This document shows positions 13,091 to 25,699 of a stretch of 64,000 nt of DNA, one piece after another (the first letter of the stretch is position 1; every line of letters starts with the position of its first letter). This DNA is from Anthoceros angustus (Eukaryota; Plantae; Anthocerotophyta), in contig MU008168.1 in the NCBI GenBank assembly GCA_010909165.1, positions 248,001 through 312,000 on the forward strand. The letters are read 5' to 3'. The notes under the pieces were generated by a model. The model was not told the origin of the DNA. It searched no databases and was given only the letters and a program-made list of their open reading frames with translations. The translations under genes and the position numbers were made by a program.

Positions 13091-13327
13091 TCATGTGTGG
13101 AACGCCTACATATATGTACAGACTTTTCAAATATCATTGACGTGATCTCGATCATGAGCAGTCTTTTCCCCTTCCCCCTTTCCCCTTCCTCTCAACTATG
13201 AGTAACCTTTTCCCCTTGCCTTTTGCCTAAAGTTTCTCGTCTTTCCTTTTTGTCTCATTCCATAACAAAAATTTGAGCAAATATGTTTTCTTCATATAAC
13301 ATGTATTAAGTACTATACGTATGCATT

Positions 13328-13860
13328 GTGACTAAGATTGACTAGCCTCTCTGGCTGAGGGTGGGCATTTTTTTCCTAAAATGCATGTTAAGAACTATAC
13401 CAATGAAGAAGAAGAAGAAGAAGAAGAAGAAGAAGAAGAAGAATTTTATTTAAGCCCACTAAGGACGGATTTCCGTCATGGGACTTCGTACTTGACAACT
13501 TGTACCATGGTGTGCCTAAGCTACTTGCGCCAAGGGCATCCTTTTCCTTTAGGCACCCCATCTAAGTACCGATCTAAGCTCAGGATGCTTAATCACGAGG
13601 TTCTTATAAATGTGTGTCCATTTGGCCTGTGACTAGGATTGACGATCTCTTCCCATTCGAAGGCAGAAAATAATACATAATGACCAAGAAGAAAAATTTA
13701 TATTAAGATTGACTACCCTCTCTAATTGCATAAACCTCCCTATTGGGTGAGGGTGGGTGTATTCTTAGTGTAATAGGTATCAAGTATTACACCAATGCCT
13801 TGTGACTAAGATTGACTGACCTCTCTAATTGCACAAACCTCCCCATGTAGTGAGGGTGGG
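13328..13860 (+). repeat. Degenerate tandem repeat (GTGACTAAGATTGACT..CTCTCT..TGAGGGTGGG), one unit interrupted by a SINE-like element
   Basis: Motif copies near 13328, 13629, 13705 and 13801. Confidence 0.7.
13405..13627 (-). mobile_element. SINE-like / LINE-tail element, copy 1, with AATAAA and (TTC)13 tail
   Basis: Highly similar to 25731-25924. The neighbouring repeat unit (ACCAATGCCTTGTGACTAAG, about 13789) shows the empty site. Confidence 0.8.
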
Positions 13861-14711
13861 GCAGAAAATAATATATTTTGCAAGGTTGTACCATTCTTTC
13901 CACTGATAACCGCTGCAGTCTAGTGGAGAAGATGCTCAGTTTTTGGTTTATATGATCTAATGGAAGGATTTACTAGTTCTTTTGTTTGTTTAGCTAGAGA
14001 GAGGAGCCAATTTTCTTTTGTGCATGTGCGTAATTCGATGGAAGAAATTTCTTGTGTCCTTTCTATTCATGGAGGTTGATTGGTAGATAATGTCCTTTTA
14101 AACTCACAAGAAGCCATATGTAATGAAAGTGTTATAAATCTGAATTAAGTTTTGAATCTAAAAAAACCTGAAAGTTATAACTAGGACGTTTCCATTCCAT
14201 AGATCTACGATTTATAGGGGGGTGTCTCCTTCCGCGATCATGCCCTTTGAGGCATAATACAGCAAGAAATGACATCAATTGCATCAATCAAGTGCACTCT
14301 CAACTGTTGGAATTCTAGTAAGTTCAAACGACGTATGAACGTATTTGGGTTGCCGTACCATATCTGGAGACTGAAGCTAATCCTCATCATCTGGATTCTG
14401 ATCTAATCACCGGTTTGATGTAATTAGCGATTCCAGTTCCAGAGCTTTAGAAACGGTGATTGACTATAGGCTAGGACACAGTCTCTCGCCCACAGCCCAG
14501 CTCTTTTCCTTGCCATGTAGCGAAGAGCAGGTAATATTGACATCTCAGGTTTGCCAGGAAATATCTGCATGTGGGGTTTTACATGAAAAGGGTGGCACTG
14601 GCAGGCAGATAGCATGAAGCCACTATCTGCAACCTAGGATTTCACAGTCACGAGTTGCTCGTGCAACTTTGAACTTCTTATCTGCCTTAAAGGGTTGGAC
14701 AGTTGCATGCC

Positions 14712-16709
14712 TCAAGGTCGCTTCAGCAAGCTCTTGACAAGTGCTTTCACCCTTTCCACGTCCACAGTCCAACCAACTCTCACTTGCGGCTGGTTAGTCC
14801 ACGGATTCTCTGATGCCCAGCTGCTCGACAGCAAGACCACAATGATTTCTTCAAAACTTAGATCAGGAATATTTAAAGGGCATAACGGACTGGATGGTAG
14901 GTCGTTAAAACACTTACTTCTTAAGCCCTTGATCCATGAGGGTATGGCCAGTGCAGATGCCTCGTGTCTCCACCCGCACGACCCCAGACTTGTAGGTGAA
15001 GAGAGAGGGGTCGATGAGCGCGGCCATGCAAGTTGGATCGTGAAGAAAAATCCCTGCACACCGGCCAAGTGCTGTTAAACAAGCTGGCTGATTTAGCGGC
15101 CGTGAAGTGATAGAGTGAGAAACCGCAAGAGTACCATCGAAGCTATCAGATTTCAGATGCCAATCCCTGTAAAAAGCACACATATCGTACACCAACTTCC
15201 CAAATCTGCTCTTGGAGTCCCTTATTTCTGCCAGATCTGCAGCTGCAAAAAGAATGAAGCGTGTAGTCAGCAATGTAATCACTGAGCAACGACACAACTC
15301 AATTAACCATATTGGGTCACTTCGTCTAACTTTAACAGCCATATTAACCAGCCCGTAAACATTGAGATGGTGTTCTCTCAGCAATCAAGTCATGTTCAAC
15401 CCTGAAGCAATAGGTCCTGGTGTAAGGAGGATCAATTTAGCTGGCAATGTGCCCTACCAGAAAACGAAACTTGAGTGGTGAGGTTGATCCCGATGATCAC
15501 AATCTTTGCTCCTGATGTGAACACAGCATCAGCAGCAACCGGATCACCAAAGATCTGGAAACCAACCGCCACAATCACTCTCAGCACAACAGTCTACACA
15601 GAGAATGGTAGCGTGTTTACATACGAGACGGAGACTCACATTGGCTTCTGCTGCTGGAGTCATATTACCAGTTGAGAAAAATGCACCCCCAAGTACAATG
15701 AGCTCTTTCAGATTCTTGGCAAATGAATGGTCTCTCTGGATAGCCTGTTGCAGAACAATGGCATCCACAGCAAGCTTCCTTCACACACCTTCCCATCTAC
15801 CACTTTCCACACACAAAAACAATCGGACAAACTGTCTGCAGACATGCTAGAAGAAACTGTGGTGGCCTGTCACTCACGAGAGCAACGTTCGTCAGTGGTC
15901 CAAGCGCCACAACGGTAACCTCGCCAGGATGCGCATTGACTTGCTCCACCAGAAAGTCACAGGCGTCCTTGTCAATTTTCTTAGCCTTTGGGTTGGCCAC
16001 AAATAGATTCCCAAGCCCATCTGTACCGTGGATGAAGTCCGCGACAGGGGGAAGTGGACCCTGTCGACAAATTGCATGCCATCAGGGACATGCAGTTGAC
16101 AAACCCATCACGAATTGCTACTAACAGAAACAGGAATGAGACAGATAAGCAGCACTGCGTACCCTCAACGGCAGCGGGCTTCCCTCTGCAACTGGAATAT
16201 CAGCTCGTCCGGCAACTTCACACTAGATCAGCAATCCACACCCTGTTAGGAACAAGCACTGGATTGTGGGCAACCTAACCAAGAACCACCCAAAAATGTT
16301 GGCTGCAGGTCAGAAAACACGCCAACGCACCAGGTACAGAGCATTCTGGGTAGCCAAGGGCGTGGTCACATTTCCAAAAACAGTAGTGAAGCCAATGAAC
16401 TCGAATTGAGGGGACCCCAAAACCATGAATATTGCCATAGCATCATCTGTGGTAACAGACACTGGGTCAGTGAACACCAAACAATTCACGGGCACCCGCA
16501 ACCAACCCTGAAGAGTCCCTGAATCCCCAAACCACAAAATGTCCAAGGCCCTGCAACTGAGAGCGCGAGACATTACCAATCCCAGGGTCGGTGTCAATAA
16601 TAACCTTCCTGGCTCCTGCTCTTTGCAACGAAGAGGGCGCAACAGAACCGACAGCCCCGGCCCCGGAGGCCACATCCTCAAGAACCGTCTGCCCGATATC
16701 CACCAACAT
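14712..16709 (-). CDS. URH1: Uridine/inosine nucleoside hydrolase (IU-NH family), multi-exon
   Basis: Exons encode KVIIDTDPGI / DDAMAIF..GFTTVFGNV / CEVAGRADIPVAEG / VADFIHGTDGLGN..VVALGPLTNVAL / LGGAFF..PAAEAN / IFGDPVAAD / DMCAFYRDW / FLHDPT..GVVRVETRGICTGHTLMDQGLK / ENPWT..VGWTVDV; GT-AG introns. Confidence 0.95.
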
Positions 16710-17374
16710 GTTGCCTCACCTCAAAATCCTCCAGGCAGCGCCAGCCCCGCCCAATTCCAAACCCCACGATCCAGGCCCAGCTCTGACCCTACTGACCAGG
16801 CAATGAAGGCAACAGCCATGCAGTCACTGCAGCGAGCTGGCTCCAATCTCCGCCCTAGATGCTGCAACAAATTCGCACCAGGGGGGTGGGCATCCTCGAA
16901 TTCATCTACCTCGCTCACGAGCCGAGACACGCTGCTGGAGAATATGCGAACCTCACGCTTGAATCACCTCCTCGGTCCCGCTCGCATGGGCCGAGGCGTG
17001 GAGCGGCAGCAAAGAAACGGCACAGCCCGAGGAGCGACCGTGTGCTAAGGGTGTGGCCCACGGACATGCAGGCGAGGCTATGAGCCAGGCCTCCCAACTC
17101 CGCGCGTGAAAAGCATCAGCACCCGGTATCTACATAGCCATGCCATGTGATGAGCATGTTGCATTCATGAAGCGGGATGAGCGCAAGTTGCAACTGCAAA
17201 CCATATCTGCTCCGAGTCCTCACCAGAGAGTGTGGTCCAGGTCACCACTCAGGGCGATGCAACACGCTTTGTCTTCTTGTGGCGCATTGACGCGCAGCCG
17301 TACTGCTCTCCGCAATCGCTCGTGATAGCCGGGCCTGCTCCCCCCCGGCAGGGAGAAGCCAGAGCGAAAGCTGG

Positions 17375-17406
<32 letters not shown>

Positions 17407-17429
17407 GAGAGGGAGAGAAGGAGAGAGAG
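17375..17429 (+). repeat. (GA)n/(CT)n microsatellite in a probable promoter/5' UTR
   Basis: Interrupted GA run upstream of URH1. Confidence 0.9.
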
Positions 17430-17720
17430 TGGAAGAGGGAGAGCCGCACCTACTGGACTGGACTGATTGGCTCATTCATGGGAGGGGCCGGTGGGAGACG
17501 ATGCTGGTACCACAGCGCTCTTTCCTCTTCCGCCTCTCGCCCCGCCGAGATCAGCGGCATCGGACGCGCACTAGCATGTTGCCGGTGTGGCCCTTTCCTT
17601 CTGCAGTGCGGGGTAAAGAAGGGAGCCGATGCAGCTGCCGAGCTCTGGGACGGCGGGTTGTTTGTTCCGCCTTGTGAGCATTCGATAAGCCTGGCTGTGA
17701 GGTGCTTGTCCGCGAGCTCG

Positions 17721-17854
17721 TCAGCTTCGGAGAGAAGTTTGCTGCGAAATCCGTAGCCTGCATTGTTTTGGCGGTGCCGCAGCGACGTCAGCGTGGGAGT
17801 TCTCGAGATGCAATCCACAGCTTTCACAGCAAACTTCTCTCCGATGTCTTCTGA
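17721..17854. ncRNA. Candidate pre-miRNA hairpin
   Basis: CGGAGAGAAGTTTGCTGCGAAA (17728-17749) pairs with TTTCACAGCAAACTTCTCTCCG (17822-17843): 22 bp with one mismatch; lower stem TCAG/CTGA; lies in a 2-kb stretch with no recognisable CDS. Confidence 0.6.
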
Positions 17855-19529
17855 TCGTAGCGCTGTGTGCCTGCCTTCGTTTTGTGTTAGCACTTTCTTG
17901 GTAATGTGCGGAGCTTGTGGCGTGCCGCGTTTCCGTTGATTTGTACTGCGGTTTGCTTCACCGGATGAATGTTGGCTGCCGGCTGTGACCACGGGCACAA
18001 TCCGTGCGATTTGTTCTCTGGAAGTGCAGACAAGGAGGCTCACGGTCTCGGATCTGTGGTCGACATCCGCGGCTCTCTCGTTCGATCTGAGCTCAGGTAA
18101 TTGTTTCTAGTCTCAGATCTGGCTGAGGCACAGTCGGCTCCGAGATGGAGTATACACACAGACAGCACCGCAGTGTCTTCTTGTACTTGCATTGCATGAT
18201 CTCTTCTCGGAGGGTACAGCTTCTTTGGTGAGAATCCGAAGGCGTAGCTAGCTTGTCTTGATTATTAGAGATGGTCAGGTGTTGTGAATGTTTTTTTTAT
18301 CACCGTAATGGGTGGACAACACTAACATGTCCAATTTCTGCTGGTGGTGTTTGACGGCCTCAGGGCTGGAAGTAATCGTCGCAGCTTACTGGTCGAGCTG
18401 TAGACCACAACTCGCAGCTGCCTTGTAGTTTTCGTTGAGGCATTTTATCGCTCGATTCAGCCTACAAACTTTCGTTCTGCAACTTGAGTTGGTTATGGAA
18501 TTTCTAACATGCTCATCAAATTTTGAGCTTCACGTAATGCTTTCTGTACAGGGGCCTCTTCATACCGATTGTTGATCACCATATTTGAGTAAACTGCATT
18601 GGTATCTGGAATAATTACTGTCACTGGACGCCCTGTTCTGGCCTACGTTACGTGGTAGGTCTAGTGTATCTGGCGCAGCTTATGTTCACTACCGTGTGTA
18701 CTCAGGGTATGCAATATCCTAGGCCCCTTTACACCTACAAGTGTCTACTCACGCGGTGGAGGTGACCGGGCCTGGTATCTCGTATCCTCTACGCCTCCCC
18801 AGCGTCTCGTGATAAGTATTTTATAAAGTAGTTTATTGTATTTTTATAAATTATTATTTTTTTATGTAAAGAGTCTTACCACCGTACCACTATCACCTGT
18901 GTGAGAACTTCTAGATGAGAAATCTCCATGTATCAATCGGCTAGGGTCCGAATGGACCTTACAACATGGGACCATTGCGAGCTAAACATCATCCCATTTT
19001 GGGCTAGACGCTAGCGCCGAGGGTTACATTGGGACCGTCCAACATGGGGCCATTGCGGGCTAGGCTGGATAAACATCAATATAGGCCCATAAACTTAAAT
19101 GCTCTTTTCCGTTCGTTTTCTGATAAGAAACTAGCTTTCTAGCTTGCCTTTGGCTTTCCAAGGGCCTTCATTAATATCTATCCCTTTCCTATCTTTGTCA
19201 CAAGGCATTCGGCAACGGACAGGGCTATGCCTCCTTGCTCACTACGGAGCTTATAAGCTCCAGCGTCTTGACCTTGCAAGCTAGTTGCTGTGTTGCTCTT
19301 AGGCATGTGTGTCATGTGTCCAGTGACTCACTACTAGTCTGGATGGTCGAAGGTCAGCCCTGAGGCCTCTATCCGTCTGTGTGTATCTGTTGCTGAGTCT
19401 GACCAGTGCGAGGGCTTGGCCTCATCATTCTCGTAACTGCGCCTCGGGTCACCCGCAGGGACGTTGTGCCAACAAGTTATTGTGTCCTCATAGCCTGCCT
19501 CGCCATTATAGTTCCACTATCCATCCTAG

Positions 19530-19624
19530 AACCCCGGGGAAGAAATCTTCAGCAAGGGTTCTGATTCTACGATGTGTAACATAGGGGAATTAGAACCCTT
19601 GCTGAAGATTTCTCCCCCGGGGTT
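19530..19624. ncRNA. Long hairpin (young miRNA/hpRNA or tiny foldback element)
   Basis: 33-bp stem with one mismatch (19530-19562 / 19592-19624), a further 12 imperfectly paired positions and a 5-nt loop TGTAA. Confidence 0.5.
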
Positions 19625-20003
19625 GTTTTGATTTATTTTCAAAATACCAAATTAAATTATAGTTCCTCTGTAGCATATTGTGAAGCCCCATCATAGGCAG
19701 TCTGTCACTCCATACGTGAGACCATCCAAGTATTCTGAGTGCATTGAGCGAGTAGCATGAGAGAAGGGCCCTCCTGCCTAGACAAGTCTGATACCTTGGG
19801 TAGAGGAGAGATGCCATTCAGTATTACTACCTACAGGCTTTCCCGTGACTTCGAAGCAGGACGCATGGCGGGTGGTGCTCTAAGAGCAACACCTGAACAG
19901 ATGACGGACGGACTGAATCAAGGAAGTGAAACGACCGGCGGACGGAAAGAATGCCACTAATTTCTGGCACAAATTGTAATTATTTCATTGTGAAAGTCCC
20001 ATG

Positions 20004-21469
20004 CTACAGTTCATCTCTATTGGTTCCGTGGGTTGCATCCACTTCAGAGGCCCCTGCTACTGATGTTTCTAACTGAGTTTCCTCTTCCCTAAGCCCGCCA
20101 TCTACGTCCTCAGTCAAACTGTCACCCGAGGGGCTACTCAGACTGTCATCTCTTGTAGCTTCAGAGGAACGGCTTTCGTCTATAGTAGAATCATTGACAG
20201 CAACGGCCTCTAGCACAATAGTAGGTGCCGTCTTTCCAGAAAGAGCCGAAAACTTGAACTCCAGGATGTCATCAATCGTGTTAGTGACTTTCCTCTTGTA
20301 CCTGCATTATCCGATGAAGGGGATCAACGAACACATCAAGCTGCAAAACCAGCGTCGTAGAGGAAAACAACGTGACAAACCCAAACCCGAACCTGATCCG
20401 TGCGGACTCGTCCGGGGAATGGTGCACCAGAAACCAAAGTGTCAACACAGTGACTAGAGCAAAGCCGACTCGAGCGGTCCACTTCGGTGGGGGCTCTTTA
20501 TCCTCACTCAGATCAGGCAGGAATACGAATAACTCTGAAAACGTTGCTTCTTCAGCGAGGATGTTGGGGAAAAACCAAACCCTTTTCCCGAGGAAGATCC
20601 AAAGTAGTCCAAAAATTGCCCAGCGAACTACAACCAGCAGCAGGTCCTCAGTAGGATATACACCAACCGTGAATCAACAAGGTGAAGAAACCAAACAGGA
20701 AACCAGCTGAGATACGTACCGAGCAGAGTGCCAACGATGAGGGCTAGGAACGCTAAACACAGGTACAGCACCAACAACTTGCACCAATGCGGGAACAATG
20801 GAAACAGACAGCACCCTATTGTCACGACTAGAAGCAAAATTGACAGCGCAGTTTGCCACAAGGGACTCCTCCTCTCGAATGTCCAGGCAAAGAAGGCGTC
20901 ATCCTGCGAGAACTCTTGCTCCTGGCGACACATACGTCCCACACATCCGTAAGTAGTCATGCTCGAACCAAACGGCAAACAAACCACAACAATTCAGCTC
21001 AGCCCATCGGAATCGGGCACACTACACAAACGACAGCTATTCCCGTTCCGCATGCACTCCGATCCAGCTCCTCATCCCCAGCTCAGCGCCACAGCCCAGT
21101 GTCACTAACCTGGAAGATCTCGATGCGGGCAGGCCACTTGGAAAGCTTCTTCTTGCCGGGGCGCAGAGTCTTCACCACCCGGTCACACCGCACGATGAGC
21201 TTCCGGTGCAGCAGCAGATTCCCGAACTCCTCATCCCCCACATCCTCGCCCAACTCCCCTCCCAGCACCTTCCGCAGCTCGGGATTGGCCGCCAGCAGCG
21301 CCACAAAATCCTTGCCCCTGAAATACTCCACCCGCGCCTCCTGCAGCACCGCCCAGCGCGACTCCAGATTCTTGTGGTCCCGCACCCGCTCCGCGAACAC
21401 CCGCACCGGGTCCAGCTTGCTTGCCGATGCAGCCTTCCCCCCCGGCTTCTTCTTGCCGGGCCCTGCCAT
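20004..21469 (-). CDS. SEC62: ER translocation protein Sec62, 4 exons
   Basis: FAERVRDHKNLESRWAVLQEARVEYFRGKDF, VRCDRVVKTLRPGKKKLSKWP, DAFFAWTF, two TM helices, GKRVWFFPNILAEEAT, acidic tail. Exons about 21113-21469, 20735-20920, 20390-20630, 20004-20301. Confidence 0.95.
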
Positions 21470-21838
21470 CGCCACACCGCAAGCTTCACAAACCCACACT
21501 CACCCCTCTCCGGCGCGCCCTCCTGTTACATTACGCACACATCAAGCATCGAAGAAAGAGCGGGGATTATGCGAGCATCGTTTCCGGCAAACCGAAAAAC
21601 ACAGCCAAAACGTTTTACGACTCTATAATCGCGATTATGCACGTATCGGCTCGCAGGAGTCAGAAGGCCGAACTCGAACGGAACACCCACGGAACGACAC
21701 AGCTTGCATTCACACCGCCGCTGCACCTACCGTCTACCTTGCACTCTACACGCATGCGGGAGACGCTGCGTCCATCCTACCGACTCCAACCCCTCATACT
21801 CTAGCCCTGCTATTGGACGGCGAATGCTAACACTGGCC

Positions 21839-22373
21839 TCAGTACTGGTTCAGATCGAGGCCCGCTTCCTTGGCCATGACGCTTAAACCCTTCTTCTCAA
21901 TTGTCTTCAGGGCTTTCGTGGAAATCCTGAGCTTCACGAACCGCTTGCCCTCCTCCCACCATAATCTCTTGTACTGAAGGTTCACTCCCTGCAGCTTCTT
22001 CGTCCGGTGGTTAGAGAAGGAGACCTTGTACCCGTTGTTCGCCTTCTTCCCCGTGAGATCACACACTCTTTCTGCACGGCAGGGGGGATGACGAGGTGAG
22101 GAGTGTGAGACAGGAGAGACATCAGCCAAACCTGCGTGAAAGAAAGGAGAAAGTGTGCAACGCACTTGCAACAGGCTGCACCAAGAGCGGCGAGGGAGCA
22201 GAGCAGCAGGCCGAAGATGAGGACGAGGAGGCGGCAAAGTGTATGCCGCGCAGCTCTGAACCTCGGCTGCTGAGAGCAGCGGAGCGAGTGCTGCTGCAGA
22301 AGGAGGAGGCCAGGCCGCTCGCCTTTGCCATGGACAAGCCGCTTGTGCTCGCCATTGCCATCGCCAGCGCCAT
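21839..22373 (-). CDS. RPL28: Plastid 50S ribosomal protein L28 with transit peptide, 2 exons (22166-22373, 21839-22071)
   Basis: Ser/Ala-rich transit peptide; [55 protein letters not shown]. Confidence 0.95.
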
Positions 22374-22650
22374 TTGCCTTGGGATGAATTTTCTGCTTTG
22401 CGTCCAGGCCACACGAATTCCTGCACTTCCCCCTTCTCGTGCTATCTACAATCTATATCGAGTATTATGCTTATGTAAACCGATTCAATTCAGCTGACCT
22501 CGTTGCCCTAAGACCTAACGAGGTAAGGCTCGGAATAGAACGTGAAACTACCAAATATGTAACCAAAAAAACACTACCTATACATCAGGTTGAGTTTGGC
22601 GAGCTGCGGTACTCACGTTAAGTCCACAGTCTGTTTGTGCCGCCACCGCC

Positions 22651-25600
22651 ATGGACACATCCTTTTTGTTCGCCGGGGTGCACTTTGACAAGGAGCGAGT
22701 GCGGAAGGACCTCCGGCTGCTCAAGGTGCGGGCAGGTGACGGTGGTTGAAGCGCAGTGATGGGGCCAGCTGAACTGATTCTGATCAGCTACGGTTGCAAA
22801 ATTGGCGTCTGCAGGGAAAGGAGGAGCTCGAGGAGGTCCGGTCTGATGTTGTTCATGACCCGCACGAGAAGGGCACACAGAGTAGCGGAAATGTGGACGC
22901 AGTGCTGCGGCAAACCAAGCGGAAACGGAAAGGAAACGCTGATCCAGGTGATGGTTTGTTACGAAAGTGGTGTGATTCGGACCGAATTTGTCTGCAAAAG
23001 CCTGACATTGGGTGTGGCGTGGCAGGGGATGTCGACGGGACTGTAAGCATTTTCGAGCCCCTTGCTGCCTTGCCTGCCCCTGTGACCAAGAGACAGAAAC
23101 TTGGAGGTCAAGATGATGCCAAGTCAAGGATTTCTGCTCAGGAGGTTCGTGTCTAGTTTGTTTTCGGTTGAGGTAGGGTTGTTGGGATGCTGTGACCGAC
23201 ATATCGTGGCGTACAGGCTGTTGCAGTGATGAGGAAGAAGTTTCGAATTCATGTTGCAGGCCATGACATCCCCGCCCCGCTGGAGGATTTTGAGCAGCTG
23301 AAATCACGGTAAGCTGCTTGGTGCGGATTCTCATTTCTGCAGTCGTTTAGATCTGAGCCCTGTTGATGATGTCAGGTTGGACAATGGGGGGTCAAGGATT
23401 TAGAGATGTGCGTGGAACATTTCAGGTATCGATGCAAGTCATATCTGCTGAGCAACATCGTCCAATTGGGGTACAAGGAGCCAACCCCAATACAGCGGCA
23501 GGCTATCCCGCTGCTTCTCAGTGTATATTCTTCGTTTCTCTGTTATCGTGGTTTAACACCAGTGCCCCTGCACAGTTGCAGTTTTTTTATTTTCCTTTGT
23601 TTTAGGGTGACATTGTATTTGACACTGCTTTGTTGAAGTAGTATGTTGTCTTGTTCTCATTTCATGGAGCTGCTCCTTCCCTGCAGGACCGGGAGTGTCT
23701 GGCATGTGCCCCGACAGGCTCTGGCAAAACTTTGGCCTTCATGTTGCCCATTTTGATGAAGCTTAAGGTTTGGATCCCCTTTTGGCTGGGGTCTTCTGTC
23801 TGTTAGTCACCAGCTACGTTGGCATAAGGAGTAGCTGCTGATTTCTGATGCTTGACATGGGTTGCAGGCGCCCAAAACTGGACCGATTCGTGCTCTTATT
23901 CTGTGCCCAACCAGAGAACTTGCTCTGCAAACAGCCCGTGAATCCCGGAGGCTAAGTGAAGGGAAAAACTTCAAGATAAAGTCAATGACGAAAACACTCT
24001 TCCAACGGGCTAGCTTGGAAAAATGTGCCTGTGATGTGCTTGTATCCACTCCGCGAAGGCTGCGCCTTCTATTGAAGAGGTCAAAGATAGACCTGAGCAG
24101 GTAGTCCTTGTACAGGTGCCGTCCTTGGGTTTGTATCATGGGTTTGCAGTCATGTAGTGAGATCTGCTATGATGGTGATGTGGCTAATATCCCTGCGGTT
24201 CTGTTGTGCAGTGTCAGTCACCTAGTTTTGGATGAGGCAGACAAGCTATTTGAGATGGGTTTCGTCAAGGATATTGATGCTGTGGTTGCTGCTTGTGCAA
24301 ACCCTGCAGTTGTTAGAGCATTGTTTAGCGCTACCTTGCCTGATACAGTGGAAGAATTAGCACGGTCTATCATGCATGATGCTGCCCGCATAGTCGTTGG
24401 CGAAAGGTTAGCGGCTTCCCTGTGTTGCCTGCTTTGTACTATTGTCTGGATTTTATGAATGGTGATGCTACATGGATGGTGATTGGGACTATGCACAAGA
24501 ACAGGTATTTTAGGACAGTCGAAGGTCTTTTTGGTCTGTTATCTGCTTTGACATCAGAGCAAAGAGGAAGGCCACCAAAGAGTCTTGCATTGACGAGCAC
24601 TATCGTTCTGTAGGAATTCGGCTTCTCAAAGTGTACATCAGCGGTTGTTATTTGTTGGGAGTGAAGATGGGAAACTTCTTGCTCTTCGTCAAATTTTTAG
24701 AGAGGTAAACTAGTTTTCATATGCTGATTTCTTCTGAGCTGGGTGTGGACTTTGAGAGTCAAGGGTAGGGGATGAAGTCTTCAGGATCTTGATTCTGAGG
24801 TAATTGACCCCGGAAATCACTATTGCAGTCTTTACCCTGCCTTTCTGGGTATGCTGTCATTGGTTAGCCGTGCTTCTGCTCTATTGCTATTGTTGATGTG
24901 GTTGGGACGCTCTCATTGTGCATGAACGCCTCAACAGGTTGTTGATGACTTAGATATTCTGAATGTGCCTTGCAGGATTTTGAGCCTCCTGTCATCATTT
25001 TTGTTCAAAGTAAGGAGAGGGCCAAGGAGCTACACCAGAATCTCCTGTTGGAGGGTATCAACGTAGATAGTATTCATGGAGACCGGTCTCAATATCAGGT
25101 CAGTAGTTGGATGCGCACACCTACCTGGCAGTTCTTTGAATCTGTTACTGTACTGCTTGAGGTCCCAGACAATGTTCTGATACTTGACTCACCTTGTGCC
25201 AATTGACTTGCAGCGCACTCTGGCTGTCGAAAACTTCCAATCAGGAAAAACCTGGGTTCTGGTCGCAACTGACGTTGTGGCTCGCGGAATAGATTTTAAG
25301 GATATAAATCTGGTGATCAACTTTGACATGCCTGTGTCAACCATTGACTACGTTCACAGAATTGGTGAGTGATTTCATGCCTGCCTGAGATTATGAAAGG
25401 GTTTTCAGATCGTTGTACTCTCTCGTCTTCTCTGATCCACGGGCTGCATGACCAGGTCGCGCTGGTAGGGCAGGAAAGCAAGGAAAAGCAGTGACGCTGT
25501 ACACGGAAAAGGATGCTGGATTTATACGCTCAATAGCCAACACGATGGTCTTGTCTGGAAGCGAAGTCCCCGCGTGGATCCTTGCACTTCCCAAGAGGAA

Positions 25601-25676
25601 GTATAAGAAGAAACGGCCACCGTCAAGAAAGCATATCGGCATAAAAGCACTCGTCTCCGATTCTAGTAAATCGTGA
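22651..25676 (+). CDS. RH57: DEAD-box RNA helicase, DDX52/ROK1/RH57 type, multi-exon
   Basis: N-terminal FLFAGVHFD; Q motif [14 protein letters not shown]; APTGSGKT; PTRELA; DEADKLFE; FSAT; [12 protein letters not shown]; ARGIDF; YVHRIG; GRAGR. Confidence 0.93.
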
Positions 25677-25699
25677 GTACCACAAGTCCAAATGGCTTA

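Larger units (their letters stand above)
1..13200. mobile_element. Large composite DNA-transposon region (Sola-like/DUF7869 transposase plus cargo ORFs); left end not seen
   Basis: Transposase motifs at 4.3-6.9 kb, no recognisable host genes, internal tandem duplication, short-repeat arrays at 11.4 kb and 12.8-13.1 kb, dense indels. Boundaries approximate; no TIR pair found. Confidence 0.6.

Noticed and set aside
17450-18043. 197-aa minus-strand ORF and the overlapping 174-aa plus-strand ORF as genes
   Set aside because: No recognisable domain; the plus ORF runs through the GA microsatellite; expected by chance in GC-rich DNA.
18022-18195. Second pre-miRNA hairpin in the putative pri-miRNA
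   Set aside because: Only short separate stems (TCTCGGA/TCCGAGA, GATCTGAG/CTCAGATC) with asymmetric interiors; no 20-bp duplex.
18200-18225. miR529-like sequence
   Set aside because: Only about 10 nt match and no partner arm.
20853-21830. 325-aa plus-strand ORF
   Set aside because: Antisense shadow of GC-rich SEC62 exon 1 and its promoter.
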